Assembly (NCBI GenBank): GCA_030390025.1 | Contig: CM059437.1 | Span: 73,160,001 to 73,224,000, forward strand | Source: Squalus acanthias | Lineage: Eukaryota | DNA length: 64,000 nucleotides | Direction: 5' to 3' | In this document: piece by piece, positions 39,196 to 50,794 of the stretch | Position numbering within the stretch: the first letter of the stretch is position 1 | Layout: the number at the start of each line of letters is the position of its first letter | Position numbers and translations under genes: made by a program | The notes under the pieces: generated by a model | Told to the model about the DNA's origin: nothing | The model's input: only the letters and a program-made list of their open reading frames with translations | Database searches by the model: none

Positions 39196-39931
39196 GAGGA
39201 AAAAGTGCTTCTGACCTGGCTTGTAAGTATGTTGTGAGGCAATGCTCCTTTTGATTTCTACTCCCTTTCTCCTGATTAAAAACTCCTTTTAAAGAGCAAT
39301 CAATCTTTGATTCAAGCAAGACTCCTTATCTATGGTGTAGTCAGTGCAGTGTCATGCTTAACACACTTCCCATCTTCCCTTCCATCTTTTTAAATAAGAA
39401 CACATTCTACACAGGCCAACATTTACAAATGGAGCTGTGATGTGTTAGAAATTGTGGGGTATTATACAACCTTTCCTAATAGATTGTACTCTGAGCATCT
39501 CAAAGGGCAGCAGAATTACTGTAAAATCTGAGATTGATCATTTGGTGTACCACATCTCAATTTTTTTATGCCAAGTAGAAAAACATTGCTGACACTGCAA
39601 AATAATTTGTGGCGTGAAGTGCTTTGAGACGTTTCGGAGAGAAGTGACAAGATGTTATATAAATGCTGTTCCCCTAGATTTTACAGTTCATAAAGAATGA
39701 TTGTTACACCAAACTTTATGGTAGATTTTTTAGTTTTACTGGAGCACTGTGATCTAGGTCAGCGCACTTTCATTCCTCCATAAATCTGCTGAGAAATCCA
39801 AGGACAGTTGTGTTTTTTTATTTTGTGCTTGAGCAGCACACTTTACCTTTTGTATTGTCTTTAATCCATGCTGTTTTCATTTGCCTGCTTGACTGTTTTT
39901 GTTTTCCTTTCTCCCCACTTAAATTCTGAAG

Positions 39932-42217
39932 TCTTTAACCAATGAGCTAGCATCAGCCAAATCTCAATATGAGCAAATAGCAGAGGATATAAGAGCTCTA
40001 AAGGGGGATAAAGAACAGATGATCCAGCAAGGAGATGCACTAAAATCCGAGAGAGAGTCCATATTCTCTGAACTTTCAGAGCTGAAGTTACAGTATATTT
40101 CCCTGCAGAAAGAGCAGCAAGTGTTAGAATCAAAGAATGAGGCACTCCAGTTGGAAAAGACAGCATTTTTAAAAGAAAGGCAAGATTTTGACTGTAATCA
40201 GCAACAACTTGGTCTGGAAAAGGATGCTTTAGCCACTGAGAAAGACCAGTTTCTCATGGAAATCAAACGGTTGCAGCAGCTACTTGATACGTTGACAAAA
40301 GAAAACGACGTCCTCCAAGTCTCACAATCCAATCTAAGTAAACTACTTGGAGAAGTTCAGATAAACAGCAAAGTAACAGAATGTGAACGAGCACAGCTGC
40401 TTCAAGAAAAGGAAGAGTTGTTGTCGGCCCACAGGAAAGTGATTACAGAAAGAGAGGAACTTACAAAAGAAAAAGACAAGATTACCGAAAATTTCCACAA
40501 GTCATGTGAAGAGACAGCAATTGCTCTTGAGAAGCTGATGAAAGAAAGAGACAGTCTGATGGTGGAAAAAGACTCTATTTTATTGAAATACTCAAAGCTT
40601 GAAGCTCAGGATGAACATTTAGCAAAGGAGAAAATTCTGCTGAAATCGGCAAGTGATGAGCTTGCATCTGAAAACGAAACTCTTGAGAAAGAGAAGGGAG
40701 ATCTTGGTTCACGTTTGCAGAAGACCATCTTTGAAAAGCAAACCATCATTATTGAAAGGGATCAACTACAGAATAATCATGATTTTTTGAAGGAAGAACT
40801 AGAAAAATATATGAAGGAAAATGCAGAACTTCAGGCCTCAAAATCCAGCCAGTCAAAACTCTTGGATGAGATTACGAATAGCAGGGAGGTAACAGACTCT
40901 GAACATGCCCAGCTGCTCCAAGAGAAGGAAGAGCTAACTACGTCTCAGAGAAAACTAACTGTAGAAAGGGATGAACTTGCTAAGGAAAAAATGGAGTTGA
41001 CTGCAAAGCTGCAGAAATCAATTGAGGAGGCAGCCATCATTGAGAAGAAGCTGAGTGAAGAAAAAGATGCTCTACAAACAGAGAAAGGCTCACTTTGGCT
41101 GAGGCAGTCACAGCTCGAAACCCATTGTGAATCTTTACAAAAGGACAAGGAGACCTTGGAATCAAAAAGCAATGTGCAGTTGTCAGAAAATGAATCTCTC
41201 TTAGACGAGATAGTCAAATTTAAATCAAAGCAACAGCAGGTAGTCTCTGAAAATACAGCCATAGCTGCAGAACGGGATCAGCTCCTTGGCAACGTTGAGT
41301 TCTTAAAGAAACAACTTGATAAATTGACCAAAGAAAATGGAGAGCTCCAGGTCTCAAAATCAAGTTTGTCTACACTTTTGGATGAGATTCAGAACAGCAA
41401 AAAGATTGTGGATTCAGAGAGACTTTGCTTGTTGCAGGAGAAGCAGAGACTGGCAGCTGAACTTCAGGAACAGTGCTCCGAAAAAGAAAATCTTATTACA
41501 CAGAGGGTGGAATTAGAGGAAAAATATAATAAATTGAGTGAACAGGTGAGAGTATTTGAAAACCAACTAATACAAGAAAGGGATGCAGCAAAAATGGGAA
41601 AAGAGACTCTCATTATGGCTCATTCAAAACTTGAAAGTCATTTCCAGCTATTGCAGAAAGAAATGGGTGTTCTTAAAGCTAAAAATGATGAACTACTTTC
41701 AGAAAAAAACTTGCTAGTAAAAGAGAAAGAGGTCATTGATGCTGAACAAAAGAAGTCTGCTAGTGAGAAAGAAGACCTAGCAGCTGAGACAAATTGGCTG
41801 ATGTCCAGTGTTGAAGAGCTGAAGAAGGAGCTTGATATATTAACCAAAGAAAAAGTAGAGCTCCAGGCTTCACAATCAAAACGTTCGAGACTCTTGGATG
41901 AACTTCGCAGTCGCCAGGAGGTGTCCGACTTGGATCGGGTAAAGCTATGGGAAGAGAAAGATAATTTACTGGCAACAGTACAGAAACTACATGCAGAAAA
42001 AGAAGAGCTTGTTAGAGGGAAGGACGGGCTAGCTGAATCCCTCTGCAGGTTACGTGAAGAGGCTGCTCTTTCTGCTCAAGACAAGGGAGAAACTGTAGCA
42101 AAGCTCCAGCAACTGGTATGTGAGAAGGAGCTTTTGCTGAAACATGAAGAGGACCTTGCTTCCAAATTAAAAGATCTTCAGGTTCATCAGAATATTACTT
42201 TATCAGAGAAGATTGAG
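39932..42217 (+). CDS. CLIP1: CLIP1 giant alternative coiled-coil exon (2286 nt, 762 aa, phase 0-0)
   Basis: Long pyrimidine tract then ctgaag|TCTTTAACC (SLTNELASAK), in frame with ORF 40019..42325; E/K/L-rich heptads with no Pro; best donor ATTGAG|gtacca at 42217, weaker in-frame CAG|gttcat at 42181. Confidence 0.85.
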
Positions 42218-42849
42218 GTACCAAATATAAGTGTTCAGATAAATCCAGAAAGTTATGGGCACTTTTGTTTACTAATGAGTGCACTAACCGGTTTGGTTTT
42301 GAACTTTTTTGATCAGCAGTATTAACAGTGTTTGTCAACTATGCTTTCGATTACATTAATTCTGGGAAATGATTTTTGTGGCTTGTCACTCCAATAAATG
42401 GTGTGGGCATTTTGCACGGGTAATTGTATTCATTATAAAAGTCCTGTTTCTCATTTTTCCTGAATTAATTTGCATTATATGCAGTTAGCATTCTTTGTTT
42501 CGAGGGTGTGGATAAAATGAAGGTTTAAGTTTGATGGATATGCTTTAAAACAGAAAAGGTTTAGATTTTTCTGTTCATTTTAGTCCTGTTCAAGTTTACC
42601 AAAAGGACTATTTTACATGTTCTCAAATTTAACAGATTGGTTATCCTCAACAAATCCTTTTCTTGGTTATTTAAAAAAAAAATTCATCCTGATTTTCTTG
42701 TCACAATTTTGTGTTTTAAACAGAATGCAATTATTTCTAAAATCTTAAAACTTCACACTTATCCACAGTGAAACTGCCAACAGCTAATTTCAACAAAGGC
42801 AAAACCGATTTGAAGCAATTAGGCAGAAATGTACAAGTGCAAACTATTG

Positions 42850-43390
42850 AGTGAGTGAATGCATTGTACTCAACCATACAGACCAGGAAGCTCCCAGGTT
42901 TGATCATGATCTGTGCTGAGTTCGCTGATTGTAGTTGGTTTGCTACTACAACTGTTCTAAGTGGCTCTGGAATAGGGAAGAAAAGAAAGGCTTACATTTA
43001 TGGAGTGCCAAAGAAATGTCTCAATATGTTTCACTCACAAAGAACTACTGTACTTCGAAGTAGTGAATTGTTATTTCTTTACTTCTCTGTGAAACACCTT
43101 GAAACGTTATTCTATATTTAAGATGTTTTATAATTGCAAGTTGTTGTAATAGGAGTAGTTATAGAAGGGGGGATATTCACCAGGGTTTCCACTCCTGTTC
43201 ACTATTCAGTGACACCTGGTGGACAGTGGATGCACATGAGAGATGCGAGGTCAGGATCACTATCAGCTGTGATTTCTTCCCCATGCCTATGGTTGAATAG
43301 ATGTGGACACTCACCATCTCAGCTCACACATGAAGAATGAGCACTTGATAAAACACCAGAGGGGTGCCAGTGCCCATGGAAGCATACTAT
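42850..43390 (+). mobile_element. Old SINE-like family copy with an inserted DeuSINE/L2-tail-like fragment
   Basis: ccatacagaccaggaagctcccaggtttgatc and downstream blocks align by eye with 16000-16325. Confidence 0.5.
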
Positions 43391-44060
43391 GCTCTAAAGA
43401 AAACTGGTGGGCAAGGGATGTGAGATTGTACATTTAAGCTAGTCCTTTGAAATTTAATAGTGAAATCTACTAATAAAAATTCCAAATTGTGCTTTGTATT
43501 TAAAACAAGCTAAATGAATACCGAGAATTGGCAACAAAGTAATATGTGGCATACAATGTTTTAATTATCCTCCAAAACATAATTTAGTGTCGAATTCTTA
43601 AAAATAATTTTCTCTTTGTAATTCACAAGGTGAGTTGGCTTGTTGGCAGTTTCTAATGTCTGTGAATTTTAGCTTTGGTTTTCCCCACATTAATTATTTA
43701 AATTTAAAAAAATCAGTGGCATGTTTGGCATGAAACTGGATCTGACACATTGGAAATGTATGATTTTGCTGCATAAACTTTCTGCAGAATTTTAAAGAGT
43801 ATTTAATGGTAATGGTGACTAACATTCGACATGATTCAGCACAGAAAAACAGTATGGTTAAAATTTCTAAAAAAAACTAGCATAATGAATTTCTACCATC
43901 TATTTTTCAAAAGTCAGGATTACATTATATGCAAGACATCAATTAACTTAATCTGTCCACATGCAAGAAGTGTGTAAAGTAACTTTCAGAATTTTCCCGT
44001 AACCTGTTTCAGTGAAACTTTAAACATTTATTTCACACTAGGACATTTTTGTATTTTTAG

Positions 44061-44198
44061 GCTTCAAAAAAAGCTGAAGAGGCTGGAAAGACATTAGAGC
44101 AGGTTATGAAGGAGAAAAATATACTGGACCAACAGAAGACTGAAACTTTAGTAGAATTGAAAGAGTCCAGGCTGAACAACCAGAAGCTTCAAAATGAG
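44061..44198 (+). CDS. CLIP1: CLIP1 exon (138 nt, phase 0-0)
   Basis: ttttag|GCTTCA...AATGAG|gtaaga; ASKKAEEAGKTLEQVMKEKNILDQQKTETLVELKESRLNNQKLQNE. Confidence 0.94.
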
Positions 44199-44521
44199 GT
44201 AAGAACTGACCCATTGCTTTGTTGTATGTGGGCTCCAGAATATTAGACAGAACATAGTATATAAAGCATTGCTCGAATGAGACATAAGCCAAGGATTGCA
44301 AACAGCTGATGTTAAATTGCAACCAAGGGTGGCTTAAAAATAGAGTGGACCTGTCTTCTCTAATTATTGTTTCTTTTAGTTAAATTAAGTGTCGTCTTAA
44401 TATTCTCATGTCATGTCTTTAATTAATGTAATAAAAATGGTGTGCATTTCCTGCTGTCTGTCACATTGAACTTCGGCATCACATTTTCTTTAAGATACTT
44501 GCTAGACAATTTAATGCTGAT

Positions 44522-45662
44522 CAACAATAACAACTTGCATTTATATAGCGCCTTTAACGTAATAAAATATCCCAAGGTGCTTCACAGGAGCGTAATAAGA
44601 TAAAGATTGACACTGAGCCAAAGAGGGAGACATTAGGACAGGCGACCAAAAACTTGGTCAAAGAGGTAGGTTTTAAGGAGCGTTTTAAAGGAGGAGAGAG
44701 GGGTGAAGAGGTTTAGGGAGGGAATTCCAGAGCTTAGGGCCTAGACAGAGGAAGACATGGTCACAAATGGTCAGGCAAAGGAAATGGGGGAGGCACAAGA
44801 GGCCAGAGTTGGAGGAACGTAGAGGTCTCAGTGTTGTAGAGCTGGAGGAAGTTACAGAAATAGAGAGGAGCGAGGCCGTGGAGGGATTTGAACATGAGGA
44901 TGAGAATTTTATATTCGAGGAGTTGATGGACTGGAAACCTATGTAGGTCGGCGAGCACAGGTGTGGTGGGTAACTGGGATTTGGTGCGAGGTCGAATACG
45001 GGCAGCAGAGTTTTGGATGAGCTCAAGTTTATGGAGGTTGGAAGATGGGAGGCAAGCCAGGAGAACATTGCAAGAGTCGAGGCTGGAGGTAACAAAAGCA
45101 TGGATGAGGGTTTCAGCAGCAGATGGGCTAAGGCAGGGACGGAGACGAGCGATATTAGGGAGGTGGAAGTAGGCAGTCTTTGGTGATGGAGCGGATATAG
45201 GGTTGGAAGCTCAGCTCAAGGTCAAATAGGGTTTTAAAGAAGGAGAGAGCAGCGAAGAGGTTTAGGGAGGGAATTCCAGAGCTTAGGGCCGAGACAGAGG
45301 AAGACATGGTCACAAATGGTCGGGCAAAGGAAATGCCGGAGGCACAAGAGGCCATGTTGGAGGAATGTAGAGGTCTCCGAAGTTGCGATCAGTCTGGTTC
45401 AGCCTGATGCAGTGGCCAGGGAGGGGATGGAATTGGTGGCTAGGGAACAGGGGCGGTTTGTGGCGGGGGCCGAAGACAGTGGCTTTTGTCTTCCCAATGT
45501 TGGAGGAAATTCTGGCTCATCCAGCATTGAATGTCAGACATGCAGTCTGACAACACCGAGGCAGTGGAGGGGTCAAAAGAGGTGGTGGTGAGGTCGAGCT
45601 GGGTGTCATCAGCGTACATGTAGAACCTGATGTATTTTTGGATGATGTCACCGAGAGGCACC
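44522..45662 (-). mobile_element. L2 LINE, 5'-truncated, with internal duplication
   Basis: FYMYADDTQL RT motif (ORF 45440..45688); L2 tail at 44522-44560. Confidence 0.92.
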
Positions 45663-45926
45663 ACAACCTGCACTGTCCACTTTGCCACTGTGTTCTCCCT
45701 CTTTCTCCCACCCTCCTCCCCAACAATTGCTACTCCCAGGTTTTCTTGTCTCTTTTCCCACTCTTCACCTGAATCCCCTCCGTGGCTCCCTGAATCTGTC
45801 CCACTATATGTAACCTTGTTTGGTCATTTCAGCTTTTACCATGGCAGCAACAGGGCTCAGTAGTGGCTGCAGCGGGGCTTGGGTGTCAAGCAGGAGTGAC
45901 ACCGGAAGCCTTGGTAGGGTGGGCAG

Positions 45927-46073
45927 CAATGTTCCCTGTAAGCTGCGCAGCGCTCCGGGGAACCCACACAGCCGGTTTGCCAACTTTTCAATACAAAAAC
46001 AGCATATGTGCGTTATTTTGACTGGCCCCTTAAAGGGGCCGCGCAGGGCCAATCGAAATTAGAGGGAACATTT
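45927..46073. mobile_element. 147-bp hAT-type MITE
   Basis: TIRs caatgttccctgtaa / ttagagggaacattt; perfect 8-bp TSD gtgggcag at 45919-45926 and 46074-46081. Confidence 0.9.
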
Positions 46074-49000
46074 GTGGGCAGCCAGTTGACAAGGATATGG
46101 TGCTGCTTCTACCTGCCTGGAAGTAACCATACGCTCATCAACAAAAGTTTAAAGTGGATATACGTTATGTATCCATGTATACCCTCCACCACAACCCTGG
46201 ATATTATACTCCGTTTAGGATCTGTTAGCAAAAGTGGAATGGTGCATTCGTGATGATTGCTTTCAGTTAAGAGCAAATTTTATTGGATAAGTCAACTTTA
46301 AAATAAACATACTGTGTTTAACTCGGGTAAGACAATTTGTTTTGTTGGCAAGTTACTTACTGAGCAATTAACAAGTTATTTCATTGCTCACTTTGGGCTG
46401 CTTCAGGCTTGTGAATACCAGTCTGAAAATGTCCAACCTCCCCATATTCTTGACCAAAACACATTTTTGGGTTCACTTTCCTTATTGGCTAAAAATCCAG
46501 CCCATTGAGTCAGTTTGTTAGTTATCAGGTAACTAGGGAGCAAATCTTGTTCTGCTGGGACAAAGAGTTGAGCATGAATAGCATGTGGAAGTATCCAAAG
46601 GCAGGTAAATATTGGCCCAGATTTTCAGCATTGGTGATCGGCGACATACGCCGTTGCCATCTAGCACGCTGATTTCACCATTGATAACATCTTCCATATT
46701 TTCCTGCATTTCTAATCCGAATACACCACAGCGAGCATGGTGGCAAATCAGAAGCCATGTGGCCAATGTTTGCCACAGTTCTTTCAGTGACGATACTAAA
46801 TCTTACAACTTGATCCCTTCTCAAATTTGATTTGTTTTTTAAAAGATTCATTTCTGGGTCCTAGCAACCATCTGATCTTCTTTCTGGTTTTTATGTAAAA
46901 CTGACCAAATCGAAGTCCTCACTTCTCCAATCAGACCTCCAAAGTCTATTCATGTTAATATAACACTGTATGCAAATTTGATGAAGCAATAAACTGAAAA
47001 TGCCATTTTAAAAAGACGATGTAACTGTCAAAAGTTGCTGTCAATCGAATTGTATTGCATGGTTGTCCTTCATAAATTTCAGCTTGGAGTTCTCGCGGTA
47101 CAAATGCCCCAGGAAATTTTGGCGTGGCATAAGTAATACAATAATTTTCTGGGAAATCTGTATTAGGTTTAGCTTCTAATTAACTTCAGTTGAACATATT
47201 ACTTTATTAGTCAAAAGTCCATGCAAATTTAATTAGAAACTACATTAATAGACGGTTAACAAGAGTCTATGAAACCTATTCTAGTACAAGCTGTAATTAA
47301 GCAGTTGACTGCATACTCACGCTTGGAACACTCGGCTGGGTTTGGATGCTGTCTCCTGTTTTCCCGAAGTGACAGGTAGCAAGTGCTTTTTCCCCTCTTT
47401 ATAGTAATCTCATTGCCCATATATGGTCACATTTGTGACTGTTACAATTTACTTAAGTCATTGAGTTTTAGCATGTGACCCATAGGTCATTGAGTTTAAC
47501 TTTGTTGGGCATCCGATAACCCATAGGCCATTGAACAGATTGCTGAACACGCAGAACCAAAGGGGCCTCATCCTTATCAGAACCTGTTCCATTGTCTAAA
47601 TTGATCATCCTTTTAGACAGTGGTCAACTATCTTTCATTACACGTCAGCCAAAATACCTTCCTATGCAGCTGGTAAACTTCTGCTTTCTGTATGGTTTGC
47701 TCAAGATGTTTTCTCGGCCTTGGTTTCAGATAAAAAACTACCAAAGCAAATATATATTCTGGAACAATCTGCGATAGAATGGTCCATGAATATCTAGACC
47801 ATTATCTTCTTAAAAAATGTTAAAGTAAAATAAAGGTTAAAATGAGTTGTGCGCTTTAGAACTGGTGTTAAACGATACTTTAAAAAGTGAAATGAGAGAA
47901 AAATAGCTAGATTTGCATTTTTGATAGTAAAATGTTTTTATGTTAATTATGTGATTATGTTTCTGGAAACAATCCAGATGTTTACTGCTTGTTTATGTTA
48001 TGTAACCTGGTTTGCTGGAAATTTCAGATTTAAAAGTCACTGCTTGATAATCCTGTAAATTGTGCATCATTCCTGGATACAGATCAGTAATGTAATTTAC
48101 TTCAGTTGTTGTGTTGCTGTAGTTCATGGCTTCTGACCTGATTAAAGCTGACAGCACTGTCAGGCAATTTTCTGGTGTTTAAAGATGAAGTATGTGTTAC
48201 CAGGGATAAATATTCCAATTTGCAGAATGCAGCACAAGAAAGGCGGATTTGTTTTGTTAGAAGTACTTGCATTTTATTTATGACTGGATTTATTCTTCCT
48301 GTCTTGCCCAAATCCCAGAGAGGCTAACTCTATGTAAGGTACATGGATAAGAGATTTGGTGGCAGAGACAGGTCATTTCATAAATCTTTCAAACAATATC
48401 CTCTTTTTGCAATGTTTTCAGGAACTCCTGTTATTTTAATGAGTTCTTAGAAATAAAGGTGAGAATCTGTGAGGCCATAGAGCTTTAGATGATGTCACTT
48501 ATGCATAAAAGCTGATTTGTTGGGAGTGCTATAGCTAAAGATTCAGCAGCCTGTAGTAGTAGGACAGCTAGTTGGAGGCTGTACATCAGAATCGTCGTGT
48601 TATGCAACTGAGCACTGGTGCATATGACAGATGATGGCACTGAGCATTCAGGTGCATTATCTCACGCGTATAATTGGATCATACCTTCAGAATTTTTCAA
48701 GGAAGAAAATATCTTAATATTAACAGTAATGGATATCAGAGCTTTACAGGATAATTATTCCCCTTATTACTTCTCTGTGCAGCTTAAGGTATGATTTTTA
48801 AGGAACAGGTGATGTTCAGTTTTCTTTATAAATAGCCTAGTGAGCAGTAATGGTATATTCTGGTAATCAGTAATGTGTGTTGTACAATGAATGATTTTAC
48901 AGCAATTAAGATAAATTGTGTAGACTTCTGTGTTTCTCAGAAGCTTTTTATTGAGTTTCTTACATTTGAGGGATTCACTATCTTTACTCAGGTAGGCAGC

Positions 49001-49382
49001 AGTTATAATTTTATTCAAAGATGGGGAAACATCTGGAAAGCTGCAGTGTTTGGTTTTGGTACTAAATCACAAAGCAGTAATGGAACTTGCCTTTTAAAGG
49101 GAGGCTTTAATTTTTTTTATATAAGGGATGGTGGTAAGGACAGTTCTGTTTTTCTTTACTGATAGACAAGCTTTTGCAGTGCTTGAGGCACAGCAGGATG
49201 GATTCTCTTTTCATAATAGCCATTTTCTTTCTGCTAATGTGTTGGAGCAAAAGCTGCCTTTGATATTAGAATGCAATCAGAGATGTCAGTTATTTGTTTT
49301 TTTATTTTCTATACCGTTCTGGAAGATTCTAAAAATATTTTATTTGACTGCAGAAACAAAAGACATTTTTTTCCTTTGTCAG

Positions 49383-49489
49383 CTGGAAGCTCTTAAGGAA
49401 CAAAACACTAAATGCCAAGAAGATTTGGGCCATTCGAAACAGCAGCTCAGCTCTGAGAATAAGAGAATAGGAAGCCTTTGCAAAGAAAT
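49383..49489 (+). CDS. CLIP1: CLIP1 exon (107 nt, phase 0-2)
   Basis: tgtcag|CTGGAA...GAAAT|gtgagt; LEALKEQNTKCQEDLGHSKQQLSSENKRIGSLCKEI. Confidence 0.94.
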
Positions 49490-50372
49490 GTGAGTAACTG
49501 CACTTAATGTTCAAAATAATTGTGGTATTGTTGTATAGATAGATTCTTTATATAACAGTGTTGTCATCTTTTAACTCTAAAGCACAAATGACTTAATTTC
49601 ACCAATCTTCATTAACTTCTCTATTTTCACACAACACAATAGTGGAGAACTGAAGAATTTATTTTGTGCTAAACGCCAGTCCATGGAAGGCTTCTTGTAA
49701 CCTTAATGATATTAAAATACAGCATTTTTTTTGATCGCCACCAGGAGGGGTACACTCTGTGTTCGCATTTTTCCCTCTGCGGGGAGATGCTTGGCATCTG
49801 AACGGCACCTCCCTTTGCAGGATGGTTAAAATTGGGAACTCATACAAGACATAATCTTATAAGCAGCATTGTCAAAATTGCAATGCCAGTCAGTCTGTAG
49901 CTCAAGGGTTAACTTATTTTACCCTCTCTCCTCCACCAATTTTCTTTGTTCCTCCTCTCCTGAAGGCATTAATTTCTTGCTGGGGCACAGTACCTCGCTT
50001 GGCCATTCAACTGGAAGATTTTTTTAATGCTATGTACACATATTGTATAGTTCAAGTTATGATATTCACCTCACCAAATATAATCTTCATTATCAGAAGT
50101 TCAGATCTCTGGAAGGAATGCTTTCATTGAATTTATGCACTACCTAAATCTTCAGCATTCCATTTTGAATACCAAAAAAAATAGTGAGTGACCTCAAATA
50201 AAGTGTGATTAATTCCATCATATTTTGCAAGATTGACTCCTAATCCTTCTCGTGTGTATATAATCCTTATTTAACCGGGGAATTTCACTAGTTTCAGAAA
50301 GGGTGGGATATGTGTCGGTGCAGGCTCGATGGGCTGAAATGGCCTCTATCTGCACTGTGGGGATTCTGTGAA

Positions 50373-50730
50373 ACAGCAACAACTTGCATTTATATAGCAC
50401 CTTCAACAGTGCAAAAATGTCCCAAGGCGTTGCTTAAGAGCGTTATCAATAAAAAAAAAAAATGTTGACATCGAACCACAGAAGGAGATATCAGGACAGA
50501 TGACCAAAAGCTTGGTCAAAGAGTTAGGTTTCAAGGAGGAACTTAAGGGAGGAGAGAGAGGTAGCGAGGCGGAGAGATTTTGGGAGGGAATTCCAAAGCT
50601 TAGTGTCAGGTCAGCTGAAATCACAGCCGCCAATGGTGGAGTGATTAAAATCGGGGATGTGCATGGTGCCAGAATTGGAGGAGTGTAGATATCTCAAAGG
50701 CTTGTCGGGCTGGAGGAGGTTGCAGAGATA
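50373..50730 (-). mobile_element. L2 3' end, abutting a short + strand CR1-type tail (about 50295-50372)
   Basis: cagcaacaacttgcatttatatagcacc tail; accaaaagcttggtcaaagag. Confidence 0.85.
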
Positions 50731-50794
50731 AAAAAGAAAATTCTGCTTTTATTACATTCTTTAAAGACTAAATAGAAAAGTACATTGTGGGAAA

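Noticed and set aside
40019-42325. 768-aa ORF as a stand-alone nested gene
   Set aside because: The frame is open upstream to a strong acceptor at 39931, on the same strand and in compatible phase with the CLIP1 exons, so it is better explained as an alternative exon
46612-47125. Possible additional MITE starting ttggcccagattttc
   Set aside because: I could not identify a convincing matching right TIR or TSD by eye
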